The notes: generated by a model not told the origin, from the sequence alone. A DNA stretch of 64,000 nucleotides from an uncultured Chloroflexota bacterium (GCA_937879875.1 CALFMN010000244.1:46433-110432), one strand, 5' to 3'. Shown: positions 21,067 to 31,155, counted from the stretch's first letter. Program-made: numbers and translations.

Positions 21067-22779
21067 TCAGCCCGCCGTCTTCCACACCGCTGCGTAGCTG
21101 CTGCCGGCATAGCGGCCCAGACCGAACCCCTGCACCGTGCGTTTCGCGGCGTAGCGGTCCAGCCGGTAGCTGACCATCACCCAGGGGCTGTCGTCCATGA
21201 TCGCCTTCGTCGCCTGCTTGTACAGGTCGGCGCGTTGTGCCGGGTCGCTGGTGGCACGGCCTTGCTCGGCAAGTTGGTCGACACGCGGGTCGCTCAGATG
21301 GGGAAAGTTGAGCACACCGCCGCTGTGAAACGTTGGATAGACCCAGGCATCCGGGTCGAGACCGCCGGAGACGCCGATCGCCGCCGCCTCGAAGTCGCCG
21401 CCCTGCGCCCGCGTGACGACGCTGCTGAAGTCGGCCTGCTCGATCTGCATCGTGATGCCTGCCTGCTTGAGCTGGCTCTGAAACAGCGCCAGCGCCTGCT
21501 GCGTGCGCTGGTCGCTCGTATCCGCGAGGATCGTGAAGCTGAAGCCGTTCGGCCGGCCGCCCTGCGCCAGTTTCGCCCGTGCCGCGTCGGGGTTGTAGCT
21601 ATACGGCACGTAGCTCGTATCCACCGCCCAGGCGAGCGGCGGCGGAATCACGCCGTTGTCGGCGCGCGGCGGCTCGCCGTAGTCGACGGCCTGGATCGCA
21701 GCGTCGCGGTCGATCGCCTCTTGTACGGCCTGCGCCAGCGCTTTGTTGCTGAACGGCGGCCGCGCCACGTTCAGCATGAAGCCGCTCCAGCCGAGTCCGG
21801 GGCGCTGGTCGTAGATCAGCCCGGCGTTCTGCTTGACCGCGTCGATCGCTGCGAAGGGCAGACCATCGCCGCTGAGCAGGTCGAGGTCGCCGCTTTGCAG
21901 CGCCTGGACACGCTGGCCGGCGTCCGGCAGCAGGCGCCAGGTGAGCTTGTCCAGATAGGGCAGCGGCTTGCCGTCGATCTCGGAACGTCGCCAGTACCGA
22001 GCATTGCGGTTGAGGGTAGCGTGATCGCCCGACTTCAGCTCGCCAAAGGCAAACGGCCCCGTGCCGACGGGGTGCGCGGCGAAGTCGCCGTTGCCCTGCT
22101 TCTGCACGGCGGTGGGCGAGACGGCCATGCCGCAGCGGCCGGCGAGCGCGGCGAGGAAGGCGGCGTCCGGCGCGGTCAGCGTCAGGCGCAGCGTGAGGTC
22201 GTCGGGCGCCTCGACGCCGGCCACGATGCGCGGACCGCACTCGTCCTGAACCACCGCCGCTGGATTGGTGCGCAGGCGGTCGAGCGCGAACTTCTGCGCC
22301 TGGGCGTTGTAGCGGGTGCCGTCCTGAAACGTCACATCGCCGCGCAGGTGAAACGTGTAGGTGAGGCCGTCGGCGCTGATCTCCCAGCGCTGAGCCAGCC
22401 AGGGCACAGGTTGCAGGTGCTCGTCGACGAGCACGAGCGGATCGTAGATCTCGTCGATCAGCGCCAGATTGTTCGGGTCATTGGCGGTCAGCGGGTCGAG
22501 GCTCGCCGGATCGGCCGCGAGCGCGAGCGTCAGCACGCCGCCACGGCGAACGTTCGGCGGCTGCGATGTGGGAGCCGGCGTTGCAATGGCGATCGCGCTT
22601 GCTGCCGGCGCGGTTGATGCGGCGGCGCTCCCCGCGGCGGTGGCGGCCGGACTCCTGGCCGCGCCGGGCGGCGCCGTTGGCGTCTGGCTGCCGCGGGAAG
22701 GCTTGTTCCCGCCGGTACAGCTCAGCAAAGCCAGCGCGAGCACGGCGCAGACGAGCAGCCCTCCGCGGCAATATTTCAA
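21067..22779 (-). CDS. ABC transporter substrate-binding lipoprotein, family 5 (peptide/nickel, DppA/OppA-like)
   Basis: SBP_bac_5-like sequence (LTLALAADPASLDPL..., YTFHLRGDVTFQDGT). The likely start is TTG, giving MKYCRGGLLVCAVLALALLSC (lipobox). Track ORF 21067..22917 extends further upstream. Confidence 0.75.
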   Translation of the reverse strand: MKYCRGGLLVCAVLALALLSCTGGNKPSRGSQTPTAPPGAARSPAATAAGSAAASTAPAASAIAIATPAPTSQPPNVRRGGVLTLALAADPASLDPLTANDPNNLALIDEIYDPLVLVDEHLQPVPWLAQRWEISADGLTYTFHLRGDVTFQDGTRYNAQAQKFALDRLRTNPAAVVQDECGPRIVAGVEAPDDLTLRLTLTAPDAAFLAALAGRCGMAVSPTAVQKQGNGDFAAHPVGTGPFAFGELKSGDHATLNRNARYWRRSEIDGKPLPYLDKLTWRLLPDAGQRVQALQSGDLDLLSGDGLPFAAIDAVKQNAGLIYDQRPGLGWSGFMLNVARPPFSNKALAQAVQEAIDRDAAIQAVDYGEPPRADNGVIPPPLAWAVDTSYVPYSYNPDAARAKLAQGGRPNGFSFTILADTSDQRTQQALALFQSQLKQAGITMQIEQADFSSVVTRAQGGDFEAAAIGVSGGLDPDAWVYPTFHSGGVLNFPHLSDPRVDQLAEQGRATSDPAQRADLYKQATKAIMDDSPWVMVSYRLDRYAAKRTVQGFGLGRYAGSSYAAVWKTAG

Positions 22780-22943
22780 TGCATGCTCTCGGCCATGGTC
22801 GAACCGACGAGGCAAGCGGACGGCATCGATACGGCAACACCGCTGCCGTCCGCATCCCCGCGGTTCTGCGTCGCGGCGCGTCCGTACTAGAATAAGAGAG
22901 ACGCATTCGCCGCGCACGAACGCGGTGCTGGTGGGCGCCGACT

Positions 22944-23174
22944 ATGTGGACCACCTTCGCCCTCGCCTCCGAAGACGCTTCCGGCCGTGTGCTCGGCCGT
23001 GTCGCTACACCGACCGAATTCTCCGCAGGCGACGTGATCCAGATGGCCTCCGAGGGCGGGCAAGACCCGCGGCTGTACAAAGTTATCCGCGTGCTCTACC
23101 TCGAACAGATCGGTCCGGATCGCTGGACCAACCGCCTGGTGATGGTGCGCCCGAGCCGCGGCAATCCCCGGTAA
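22944..23174 (+). CDS. Small hypothetical protein (76 aa)
   Basis: Its composition is balanced and not Arg/Ala-biased, with coding-like codon usage. No recognisable domain. Confidence 0.3.
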   Translation: MWTTFALASEDASGRVLGRVATPTEFSAGDVIQMASEGGQDPRLYKVIRVLYLEQIGPDRWTNRLVMVRPSRGNPR

Positions 23175-23337
23175 ATCTGCGCCTCTCCGGCAGGCACGGA
23201 AGCATATGCCGCTTTTCGCGCCAATCGCCGGGGTTGCCGCCTCGCAAACGGTGATTTGGTGATAGCCTGTGCCGTCATTCGTGACGCACCGCGGCAGCGC
23301 CACGCGCTGCACCGATCGCAGTGTTGGAGGAAGAAGC

Positions 23338-23868
23338 ATGACGGCGAAGGCGATGGCGCTCGGCATAGAAACCCTGGCGGCGCTGCTGGAGGCGCAGGGC
23401 CGCGCGATCGGCATGGAGCTGCGGGCGCTGCCGCCGGACCTGTGCCGCTGGCGCCCCGGACCCGAAGAGTGGTGTGCGAACGAGACGCTCGGCCACATGA
23501 TCGAGGCCGAGCGGCGCGGCTTCAACGGCCGTATTCGCCGCATTTTGGCCGAGGAGAGCCCGCGGCTGCCCGGCTGGAACCAGGTCGAGGTGGCCCGCGA
23601 GCGCCGCGACGCCGAGCAGGAGCCGGCGGCGCTGCTCCATGAGTTCGAGGCGCTGCGCGCCGACAGCCTGGCGTTAGTGATCGGCCTCACGCCCGCGCAG
23701 CTCGATCGCGGCGGCGAGCACACACAGGTCGGCTGGGTGACGGTGCGCGACCTGCTGCATGAGTGGCAGCACCACGACCGCAACCACGTCAAGCAGATCT
23801 ACAGCATCGTCCAGGGCTACGTCTGGCCGTCGATGGGCAACTGCCGGCGCTTCGCCGAGGTGGACTAA
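23338..23868 (+). CDS. DinB/YfiT-like (DinB_2) metal-dependent protein
   Basis: CANETLGHMIEAERRGF...HEWQHHDRNHVKQI (a His-rich DinB_2 motif) is present. A GGAGG Shine-Dalgarno lies before MTAKAM. Confidence 0.65.
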   Translation: MTAKAMALGIETLAALLEAQGRAIGMELRALPPDLCRWRPGPEEWCANETLGHMIEAERRGFNGRIRRILAEESPRLPGWNQVEVARERRDAEQEPAALLHEFEALRADSLALVIGLTPAQLDRGGEHTQVGWVTVRDLLHEWQHHDRNHVKQIYSIVQGYVWPSMGNCRRFAEVD

Positions 23869-23982
23869 CGGCAAGCCGCGACGCCGGCGCGGGGTGCATC
23901 GCCCCGCGTTGACGTGGGCCACCGCTGTTGGCGGCGCGCGTATCCCTGTCGCCAACAGACTGCTGCTGGAGGACCGATTGCG

Positions 23983-24621
23983 ATGGCGCATCCCCACTCC
24001 CTGCCCGGCGTGTCCCGCTGGCAGGCGGTGCTGGCCGCCCTGCTGATTGGCGCCAGCTACGCCGCGCTGCCGGAACATCTGCGCGTGGGGCCGTCCTGGC
24101 TGCCGCTGCTGCTGATCGTGCTGCTGCTTGCCCCGCTGCTGGCCGCCCATCGGCGGGGCGCCCACGACCTGGCGCACTGGCTGGGGCGGGCGCTTACCGG
24201 CCTCATCACCCTGCTGATCGGCGCCAGCACCGCCCTGCTCGTCGCCCGCGTTCCGGGCCAGAAGACGGCCGGATCGCCGTTGCTGCGCGATGCGGCGCTG
24301 TTGTGGGGTGGAAACATCCTGCTGTTTGCGTTGTGGTACTGGGAGATCGACGGCGGCGGCCCCGGCCATCGCCACTTCGGCCACTATCAGAGCCGCGATT
24401 TCGCCTGGCCGCAGTTCCAGCAAGACCCGCGGGACGCCGGCGGCTACTGGATGCCCGACTTCCTCGACTACCTCTTCCTCGCCTTCAACACCAGCACCGC
24501 CTTCAGCCCCACCGATACGCTGATCCTCTCCCGCAGGGCCAAGCTTCTGCTCATGCTGCAGTCGCTGATCTCGCTGACGGTGCTCGCCGTGCTCGCCGCC
24601 CGCGCCATCAATACGCTGTAG
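23983..24621 (+). CDS. DUF1345 membrane protein
   Basis: Multi-TM protein with WYWEIDGGGPGHRHFGHYQSRDFAWPQF and FLAFNTSTAFSPTDT, characteristic of DUF1345. Confidence 0.65.
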   Translation: MAHPHSLPGVSRWQAVLAALLIGASYAALPEHLRVGPSWLPLLLIVLLLAPLLAAHRRGAHDLAHWLGRALTGLITLLIGASTALLVARVPGQKTAGSPLLRDAALLWGGNILLFALWYWEIDGGGPGHRHFGHYQSRDFAWPQFQQDPRDAGGYWMPDFLDYLFLAFNTSTAFSPTDTLILSRRAKLLLMLQSLISLTVLAVLAARAINTL

Positions 24622-24752
24622 CGAACGAGCGGCTGCCCGGTGCGGTCCGCTTGCCCAGCCGAAGCGGACACCTGCCCCAGAAACCACCTGGCCACGACAG
24701 TCGTCGCCAATCCCTGCCGGGCGCAGCGTCGCCGTGACGCCCAGCTCCGCCC

Positions 24753-25229
24753 CTACGCCGTGGCACGCAGCTGGGCAATGAGCGCCTTGAGCTCGTCAAT
24801 CTGGATCTGCTGCGCCTGATCCTGCGCGGCGAGGTGCGCTTGAATCTGCACGCACTCGTGCAGCACCGCCTCGGCGTCGTGGTAGGTCTCCTCCGCCCGG
24901 CGGTCGGCCGCCTTCGCCTGGATGTTCTGGCCCACAATGATGATCGGCAGCAGCACCAACTGCAGGAACGTCTGCGCGATCCAGGCGACGATGATGATAC
25001 TGTCGCCGCTCTTGATCGCCGACGGCAGGCTGACCAGCGCGACAATTGTGAACAGATAGGCGGCCCACATCGTGCCGACGATCGTGGTGATGAAGAGCCC
25101 CAGCTTGCCGTTGACCCCGACCCGCCCATCGTTGACCTTCGGCGGCGGGGGGACGGCGCCCGCCAGGCGGTCGCGGGTCCGCGGGTGCGGCACATGCTGA
25201 AAGATGGCGATTAGCTGCGTCATGGACAT
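24753..25229 (-). CDS. DUF1003 membrane protein
   Basis: GKLGLFITTIVGTMWAAYLFTIVALVSLP...AWIAQTFLQLVLLPIIIVGQNIQ matches the DUF1003 topology. Start was set at MSMTQLIA. Confidence 0.6.
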   Translation of the reverse strand: MSMTQLIAIFQHVPHPRTRDRLAGAVPPPPKVNDGRVGVNGKLGLFITTIVGTMWAAYLFTIVALVSLPSAIKSGDSIIIVAWIAQTFLQLVLLPIIIVGQNIQAKAADRRAEETYHDAEAVLHECVQIQAHLAAQDQAQQIQIDELKALIAQLRATA

Positions 25230-25349
25230 CCTCCTGCGTCGTCGTCGTGCCCCGCACGGCCTGGTGCCCGGACAGTAGAGACGCGGGCAGAACGTTGTCA
25301 ACGACGGTTAAGGAGACGGCAAAGGACGAGGCCGCGCTGGCGCGCCGGC

Positions 25350-25763
25350 TCAGGCGGGCGCGAACATCGGCAGTGAGACTTCGCCGCCCTCCTGGTCTTC
25401 CCAGCGCAGCCGCACGCGCTGGCCGATCTTGATGTCTTTGGTCGGGTCAGCGACGCCGACGATGTTCGAGAGGATGCGAAAGCCCTCGTCCAGATCGATG
25501 TAGGCGATCGCGTAGGCGCCCAGGTCCTTGAAGGCGGGATGCCGGTTCTGCCGGATCACGCTGTAGCTGTAGATCGTGCCTGCGCCCTGCGAGTCGTGCC
25601 AGGTCTGCCGGCTGCTGCCGCAGTTCGGGCAGTGGCGCCGCGGGAAGAAGACGACCTTGCCGCACTCGTCGCAGGTCGCGTAGGTCAGCCGGTGCTCTTT
25701 GGTCGCCTGCCAGAACGGCTCGGTGTCCGGTTCGGGGAAGCGGGGCAGTGGTCGCGTCGCCAT
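25350..25763 (-). CDS. DUF35 OB-fold/zinc-ribbon protein (thiolase-associated)
   Basis: The CDECGKVVFFPRRHCPNCGS zinc ribbon is followed by an OB fold. It lies directly downstream of a thiolase-like gene. Confidence 0.8.
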   Translation of the reverse strand: MATRPLPRFPEPDTEPFWQATKEHRLTYATCDECGKVVFFPRRHCPNCGSSRQTWHDSQGAGTIYSYSVIRQNRHPAFKDLGAYAIAYIDLDEGFRILSNIVGVADPTKDIKIGQRVRLRWEDQEGGEVSLPMFAPA

Positions 25764-25840
25764 CTCAACTCCGTCTCGCCCGGCGCCGCGAGTCGCGCGG
25801 CCGGGCGCATGTTTTGTGCTTTGCTTCGGTCGGCCGCGTT

Positions 25841-27040
25841 TCAGTCGCGGGCGAGAATGATCGTGCCGCCGCTGTGGCGCGAGCCGAGCATGCCGCCGTT
25901 GCCGTGCGCCAGCGCCAGCTTCGCGTCTTTGACCTGCGAGGTCGATTCGCCGCGCAGTTGCCGCGCGGCCTCGATCAGCAGGAAGATGCCGCGCATGCCG
26001 GGGTGGTTGGAGGAGAGGCCGCCGCCGTCCGTGTTCAGCGGCAGCGAGCCGGTGTCGTAGCGCAGCCGCCCGCCCTGCACGAACTGCCCGCCCTCGCCCT
26101 TCTTGCAGAAGCCGAGGTCTTCGAGAATCGTGAGCACCGTAATCGTGAACGAGTCGTAGATCATGGCGATGTCGATCTCGTCGGGCCGCACGCCCGCCTC
26201 GCCGAAGGCGACCGGCCCCGACTGCTCCGCGGCGCTGCGGGTGATGTCGCGATCGTTGGTCGGGTAACGCGTCGCCTCGCCCGAGCCGATCAGCCAGACC
26301 GGCTTCTTCTTCGCGCCGCGGGCCGCGTCCGCCGAGGCGATCACGACGGCGCCGCCGCCGTCCGAGATCATGCAGGAGTCGAGCAGGTGCAGCGGGTCGG
26401 CCACCATGCGCGACTCGACCACGTCCTGCACCGTCAGCTCGCCCGTATCGACGAAGCCCAGGTCGTCCATCGCCCGCACGGCCTGCGGGTTACGCATCGC
26501 GTGATGGCGCGTTGCCACCGAGATCTCCGCGAGCTGTTCGGAGGTGGTGCCGTACTGGTACATGTGCCGCTGCGCCACCAGCGCGTAGTTCGCGATCAGG
26601 GTCATGCCCCAGGAGTCTTCCATATTGCCGACGGGGCTTGGCGGCCCGGCGCTGGTGCGGCCGCCCGTGCCGATGGCGACGGCGTTCATACGCGACGTCG
26701 AGCCGTAGGTGAGCAGCGCCACGCGGGCCTTGCCGGCGGCGATGTCGCGCAGCGCGTGCGAGGCCTGGAACTCGTAGGAGCTGCCACCGACGGCGGTGGT
26801 GTCGATCACATTCGGCTGCCAGCCGAAATACTCGGCGATGCCAAGGCCGCCGGCGCCGCCGCCGTCGCCGGCGTCGTAGATCGCATCGACGTCCGACCAC
26901 TTGAAGCCGGCATCATCCAACGCCTGCTTCGCGCTCTCGGCCTTGATCTCAAGCGGGGTAATCCCTTCGACCTTGCGCAGCGGATACTCGTAAATGCCGA
27001 CGATTGCGGCGTCTCGCCGCTGGCCTCCTGCTGATGCCAT
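25841..27040 (-). CDS. Thiolase-like protein (SCP-x type / acetyl-CoA acetyltransferase-like), partner of DUF35
   Basis: Start was chosen at MASAGGQRRDAAIVGIYEYPL with an AGGAG Shine-Dalgarno. Thiolase-fold motifs are present (e.g. NTDGGGLSSNHPGMRG). The upstream part of track ORF 25841..27814 is junk. Confidence 0.8.
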   Translation of the reverse strand: MASAGGQRRDAAIVGIYEYPLRKVEGITPLEIKAESAKQALDDAGFKWSDVDAIYDAGDGGGAGGLGIAEYFGWQPNVIDTTAVGGSSYEFQASHALRDIAAGKARVALLTYGSTSRMNAVAIGTGGRTSAGPPSPVGNMEDSWGMTLIANYALVAQRHMYQYGTTSEQLAEISVATRHHAMRNPQAVRAMDDLGFVDTGELTVQDVVESRMVADPLHLLDSCMISDGGGAVVIASADAARGAKKKPVWLIGSGEATRYPTNDRDITRSAAEQSGPVAFGEAGVRPDEIDIAMIYDSFTITVLTILEDLGFCKKGEGGQFVQGGRLRYDTGSLPLNTDGGGLSSNHPGMRGIFLLIEAARQLRGESTSQVKDAKLALAHGNGGMLGSRHSGGTIILARD

Positions 27041-27226
27041 GCTTCGCTCCTCGTGCGGCGCCGCCGGCGCCGTCATTTCGCTGGATGGCCCGATGCGGGG
27101 TGCAGGCCGCGGCGGCCTCTGCGGCTGGCCGGAGCCTATGCTACTGTCAGTAGCACGGGCGGGGCACGCGGTCAATCTGTGCGCAGCCGTCCGACGCCGC
27201 ATTTGGCGAAGAGCACACGCGAAGCC

Positions 27227-27811
27227 ATGCGCATCGGCCTCGTCACCGACACGCACCTGCCCGCCCTGTTCCGCCAGCTCGACGGGCTCGGGCCGGAGTG
27301 CAGCGAATTCCTCGCCGGTGTCGATCTGATCCTGCACGGCGGCGATGTCACGGCGCCGTCGGTGCTCGACTGGCTGGCGCAGTTCGCCCCCGTTGTGGCC
27401 GCGCAGGGCAACAACGACGACTTCCGCGACCCACGCCTGCGCAAGGTGCAGTATCTGGAGCTGGAGGGCTGGCGCATCGGCATGGCCCACGACCTGACAC
27501 CGGAGACGCAGCCGCTGCCCGCCATTCACTACAAGCGTTTCGACCGCCCGCTCGACATCATGATCGGCGGGCACACGCACCTCGAACGGCTCCGCCACGA
27601 GCATGGCATGCTGCTCGTCAACTCCGGCAGCCCGATCCTGCCGCACCAGAAAGAGACACGGCTGGGCACGGCCGCACTGCTGGAGCTGACGCCGGAGAGC
27701 GTGCGCGCCGAGATCATCGTGCTCGGCGAGACGCCCGGCCGCCCGAATCCCGGCCGCGCTTCGCTGCTCGATCTGCAACGCGGCGCCTTCCACGACCACG
27801 GCGGGCAATAG
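27227..27811 (+). CDS. Metallophosphoesterase (YfcE/MJ0936-like)
   Basis: MRIGLVTDTHLP...LILHGGDV...GHTHLERL are calcineurin-like phosphoesterase motifs. Confidence 0.8.
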   Translation: MRIGLVTDTHLPALFRQLDGLGPECSEFLAGVDLILHGGDVTAPSVLDWLAQFAPVVAAQGNNDDFRDPRLRKVQYLELEGWRIGMAHDLTPETQPLPAIHYKRFDRPLDIMIGGHTHLERLRHEHGMLLVNSGSPILPHQKETRLGTAALLELTPESVRAEIIVLGETPGRPNPGRASLLDLQRGAFHDHGGQ

Positions 27812-27936
27812 CAAGGTCGGCCCCGCGTGCTATGCAGCGGCATGAGGGCTGCGCACTGCGCGGCCGGCGCGTAGCATGGGAGCGAGCGGCGACATCGGCA
27901 GCGTTTGCCGCCGGCCTTCCTCAAGGAGTGTGCTGC

Positions 27937-28827
27937 ATGACGAGCAGCCTCGATCTGCCCGGACTCCGCCAATTTCAGCCCGGTGAGCGCCTGCCGCCGG
28001 CGCGGATGCAGGCGCACAACGCCTCGCTGCATTCGGATAACAAGATCCACGACGACGAGGTGGCGAAGCGCTACGGCTTCGCGGGCGGCCTCGTGCCCGG
28101 CATCACCGTCTACGCCTACATGGCGCAGCCGCTGGCCGCGGCGGCCGGCGCCCGCTGGCTGAGCCACGGCGGCGCCACGGTTTCCTTCATCCACCCGCTC
28201 TACGAAGGCGACAATACGGCCGCCAACGCCGAAGTTTTGGAATCTGACGCGTCGCAGACGCGTGTGAGCTTCGATCTCTGGGCGGAAAACGGCGCCGGCG
28301 AGCGCTGCGGCGCCGGCACCGCCTGGATCGGGCTGCATGACCGCACGCAGCCGATCGCGGCGCCGGATTATGTCGCACGCGATCCCGGCCCCGCGCCCGA
28401 TCCGCGCCCCGATCTGGAGCTGAGCACGGCGCCCGTAGGACAGGTGCTTGCCCGGCTCGTCCTGCCAACCTCGGTCGAAACGGCCCGCGACTATGCCGAT
28501 GGCGTTTTCGACCCGAACCCGCTGTTCCGCGAGGGCTCGCCCTGGGGTCCGCCGCTGCTGCACCCCGGCTGGCTGCTGAGCAACTGCAACACGATCTTCA
28601 CGAAGAGTTTCGCCTTCGGGCCGTGGATCCACACCCGCTCTGAGATCGAATACCTCGGCCCCGCGCTGGCCGGACGCACGCTGACGCTGCACGGCCGGCT
28701 GGTGGAGGCGTTCGAAAAACGCCAACACCAGTACGCGACGCTGGACCTGTTCTGCGTGGACGCTGCCGGCGCGCCGGTAATGCAGGTGCGTCACACGGCA
28801 ATCTTCAAGGTGCATCCCCGCGCGTGA
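27937..28827 (+). CDS. MaoC-like double hot-dog fold dehydratase
   Basis: The N-terminal half has HSDNKIHDDEVAKRYGFAGGLVPGI (MaoC motif) and there is a second hot-dog half. AAGGAG Shine-Dalgarno lies upstream of MTSSLD. Confidence 0.7.
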   Translation: MTSSLDLPGLRQFQPGERLPPARMQAHNASLHSDNKIHDDEVAKRYGFAGGLVPGITVYAYMAQPLAAAAGARWLSHGGATVSFIHPLYEGDNTAANAEVLESDASQTRVSFDLWAENGAGERCGAGTAWIGLHDRTQPIAAPDYVARDPGPAPDPRPDLELSTAPVGQVLARLVLPTSVETARDYADGVFDPNPLFREGSPWGPPLLHPGWLLSNCNTIFTKSFAFGPWIHTRSEIEYLGPALAGRTLTLHGRLVEAFEKRQHQYATLDLFCVDAAGAPVMQVRHTAIFKVHPRA

Positions 28828-29093
28828 GCGGCAGCGGTTATTACAGCGGCGCCGTCGAGTTCCTGATTCCGGACGGCACACCGGTCGCGGCCACGTGCGA
28901 CGCCGGCTTCCGCCAGGGCCGCTGGACCGGCGTCGTCAGCCTGGGCGAAACCGACCGGCGGCTGGAGCGCGGCGACGTGTGTCAAATCGCGCTGCGTGAA
29001 GAACGGCTGCGCGTCATCATCACCGATCAGGTCGGGAGCAAGCGCTACAGCTTCATCGCCTTGATCAAGCCGGACCCGTACGAGACGCTATGA
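28824..29093 (+). CDS. Small hypothetical protein (89 aa), translationally coupled on both sides
   Basis: Its GTG start overlaps the upstream stop (GTGA) and its stop overlaps the downstream start (ATGA). Composition is balanced. Confidence 0.45.
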   Translation: MSGSGYYSGAVEFLIPDGTPVAATCDAGFRQGRWTGVVSLGETDRRLERGDVCQIALREERLRVIITDQVGSKRYSFIALIKPDPYETL

Positions 29094-30109
29094 GCCAGTC
29101 TCAGCGCAGCGCATCGTCTGCAACACGTCCCGCCCGCGCAGGCGAGTTTGAGGCCGTGCGCGCCGCGGCGGCGCAGATCGCGCTCGAAGCCGGCGCAGAA
29201 CTGCAGCGCCGCTTCGCCTTGCCTGTACAGGTGCGCTTCAAGTCCAGGAAGGATGCCGATCCGGTCACGGAGGCCGACGAGGCGACCGAGCGCTTCGTGC
29301 GGCAGAGCGTGGCCGAGCGTTTCCCGGACCACGATGTGCTGGGCGAGGAGGGCGGCGGCTCGATCCAACCCGGGGCGTGGCTGTGGGTGGTGGATCCGCT
29401 GGACGGCACCGCCAATTTCGCCAACGGACTGGCGGTGTTCGCCGTTTCGATCGGCGTGCTGCATCACCTGCGCCCCGTGGCCGCGGCGCTGTACACCACG
29501 TTTGGTCCGGAAGGCCGCCCCTGCGTGCTGAGCGCACGGCTCGGCGGCGGCCTTCTGTGCGACGGTGAACCGTTCGACTTGCCGGCACCGGCACTCTCGA
29601 AGCGCGCGCGCCTCTCGGGCGTGCCCGCGGGTATTCAGCGTGCCTTCGGACTCTGGCGGCTGCGCGGACAGTTGCCCGGTGAAACGCGTTCCTTCGGCAG
29701 CACGGCGGCCGAGTTGGGCCTTGTGGCAACAGGCCGCTGGCAGTACGCCGTCTTCAGCTCGCCGCGCCTGTGGGACGTCGCCGCCGGCATCCTGCTGGTG
29801 CGCGAAGCCGGCGGCGCCGTGTTCACCGACCGACGCGGCCGCTGGCGGCCGCTCGACCGCATCGCGCCGCCGCGGGGCAAACCCCTGAGCGAGTGGAAAC
29901 AGGCGCTGATCGCCGGCGATGCGGCGTTGCTCCGCGAGTTGACCGGCAAGGTGCGGGTGCGCCACGCGCCGCGCGAGCGCGCCGAGCGGCTGTTCGGGGC
30001 AGAGCGCGTCGCACGGGCGGCTGGCTGGGCGCGGCGCCTGGCGCCAGCAGCGCGGCTGATTCGACGTGCCGGGGCGCTGCTTCCACGGTGGGCGCGTCGC
30101 GGCGGGTAA
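29090..30109 (+). CDS. Inositol monophosphatase-family protein with Arg-rich C-terminal extension
   Basis: IMPase motifs WVVDPLDGTANF and WDVAAG are present. About 60 aa of Arg/Ala-rich tail follow the fold. Confidence 0.75.
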   Translation: MSQSQRSASSATRPARAGEFEAVRAAAAQIALEAGAELQRRFALPVQVRFKSRKDADPVTEADEATERFVRQSVAERFPDHDVLGEEGGGSIQPGAWLWVVDPLDGTANFANGLAVFAVSIGVLHHLRPVAAALYTTFGPEGRPCVLSARLGGGLLCDGEPFDLPAPALSKRARLSGVPAGIQRAFGLWRLRGQLPGETRSFGSTAAELGLVATGRWQYAVFSSPRLWDVAAGILLVREAGGAVFTDRRGRWRPLDRIAPPRGKPLSEWKQALIAGDAALLRELTGKVRVRHAPRERAERLFGAERVARAAGWARRLAPAARLIRRAGALLPRWARRGG

Positions 30110-30132
30110 CCTGGAGCGGCCAGGGCGGGAAG

Positions 30133-31152
30133 TCAGCCGCCGTCCGGCCTGGTCGCCGCCATGCGAGCCGCCAGCGTGATCGCCGCGATCATGTTGGCCG
30201 GGTTGGCAACGCCCTTGCCGGCGATGTCGAACGCCGTGCCATGGTCCGGCGAGGTACGGATGATCGGCAGGCCGAGCGTCACGTTGACGGCGCTGTCGAA
30301 TTCGATCAACTTGATCGGGATATGGCCCTGGTCGTGGTACATCGCCACCACGGCGTCGAATTCGCCCGCGGCCGCGCGCCGGAAAATGGTGTCGGCCGGG
30401 TAGGGACCGGAGATCGTGCATTCGTCGCTCTCTGCCTGAGTACGGGCGATCGCCGGCTCGATCACCTCCAGTTCCTCGGAGCCGAACAGACCGCCTTCGC
30501 CGGCATGCGGATTCAGCCCCGCGACCGCGATTCGTGGCTTCGGGAAGCCGAGTCGCCGCAGTCCGCCGATCGTCAACGCGAAGACGTGCCTGAGGCGTTC
30601 CGGACTCGGCGGTTGCGCGGCATCGCGAAGCGCACGATGCCCGGTTACATGGCTGACCCGCAGACGCTCGCCCGCCAGCAGCATGCAGACGCCAGACGCG
30701 CCGGTGCGCACGGCAAGCAACTCCGTGTGGCCGTCGTAGGCGTAGCCGGCGAGGCGCATCGCCTCCTTGTTCAGCGGCGCGGTCACGATCGCGCCGACAC
30801 GGCCGGCCACGGCCAGATCGCATGCCGTCTCAACCGCGCGCACCGCCGCATCGCCCGCGTCCGCGGACAGCACGCCAAAAGGCGGCGGCGCAGCGCAGCG
30901 ACAGGGCACGTCGAGAATCGCGACAGAATCAGAGCGTGAAGCGTCGTCCAGCTTTCCAGTTGCGATTATGTCGAGTGCCCATTCGAAGCCGCAGAGGTCG
31001 AGCGCGCGGCGAACCACGCCCGCGTCGCCGACCAACAGCGGCCGGCAACACGCCCGCACGGCAGGATCAGCCAACGCCTTGAGCGCCACCTCGGCGCCGA
31101 TGCCGGCCGGGTCCCCGACGGTGATCGCCAGCAGCGGCAATGAGCCCTTCAT
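30133..31152 (-). CDS. pdxA2: PdxA-family 4-hydroxythreonine-4-phosphate dehydrogenase-like (PdxA2 type)
   Basis: The PdxA fold is present (TVGDPAGIGAEV...HVTGH...AMYHDQGHIPIK). It is adjacent to a four-carbon acid sugar kinase gene. Confidence 0.85.
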   Translation of the reverse strand: MKGSLPLLAITVGDPAGIGAEVALKALADPAVRACCRPLLVGDAGVVRRALDLCGFEWALDIIATGKLDDASRSDSVAILDVPCRCAAPPPFGVLSADAGDAAVRAVETACDLAVAGRVGAIVTAPLNKEAMRLAGYAYDGHTELLAVRTGASGVCMLLAGERLRVSHVTGHRALRDAAQPPSPERLRHVFALTIGGLRRLGFPKPRIAVAGLNPHAGEGGLFGSEELEVIEPAIARTQAESDECTISGPYPADTIFRRAAAGEFDAVVAMYHDQGHIPIKLIEFDSAVNVTLGLPIIRTSPDHGTAFDIAGKGVANPANMIAAITLAARMAATRPDGG

Positions 31153-31155
31153 GCC

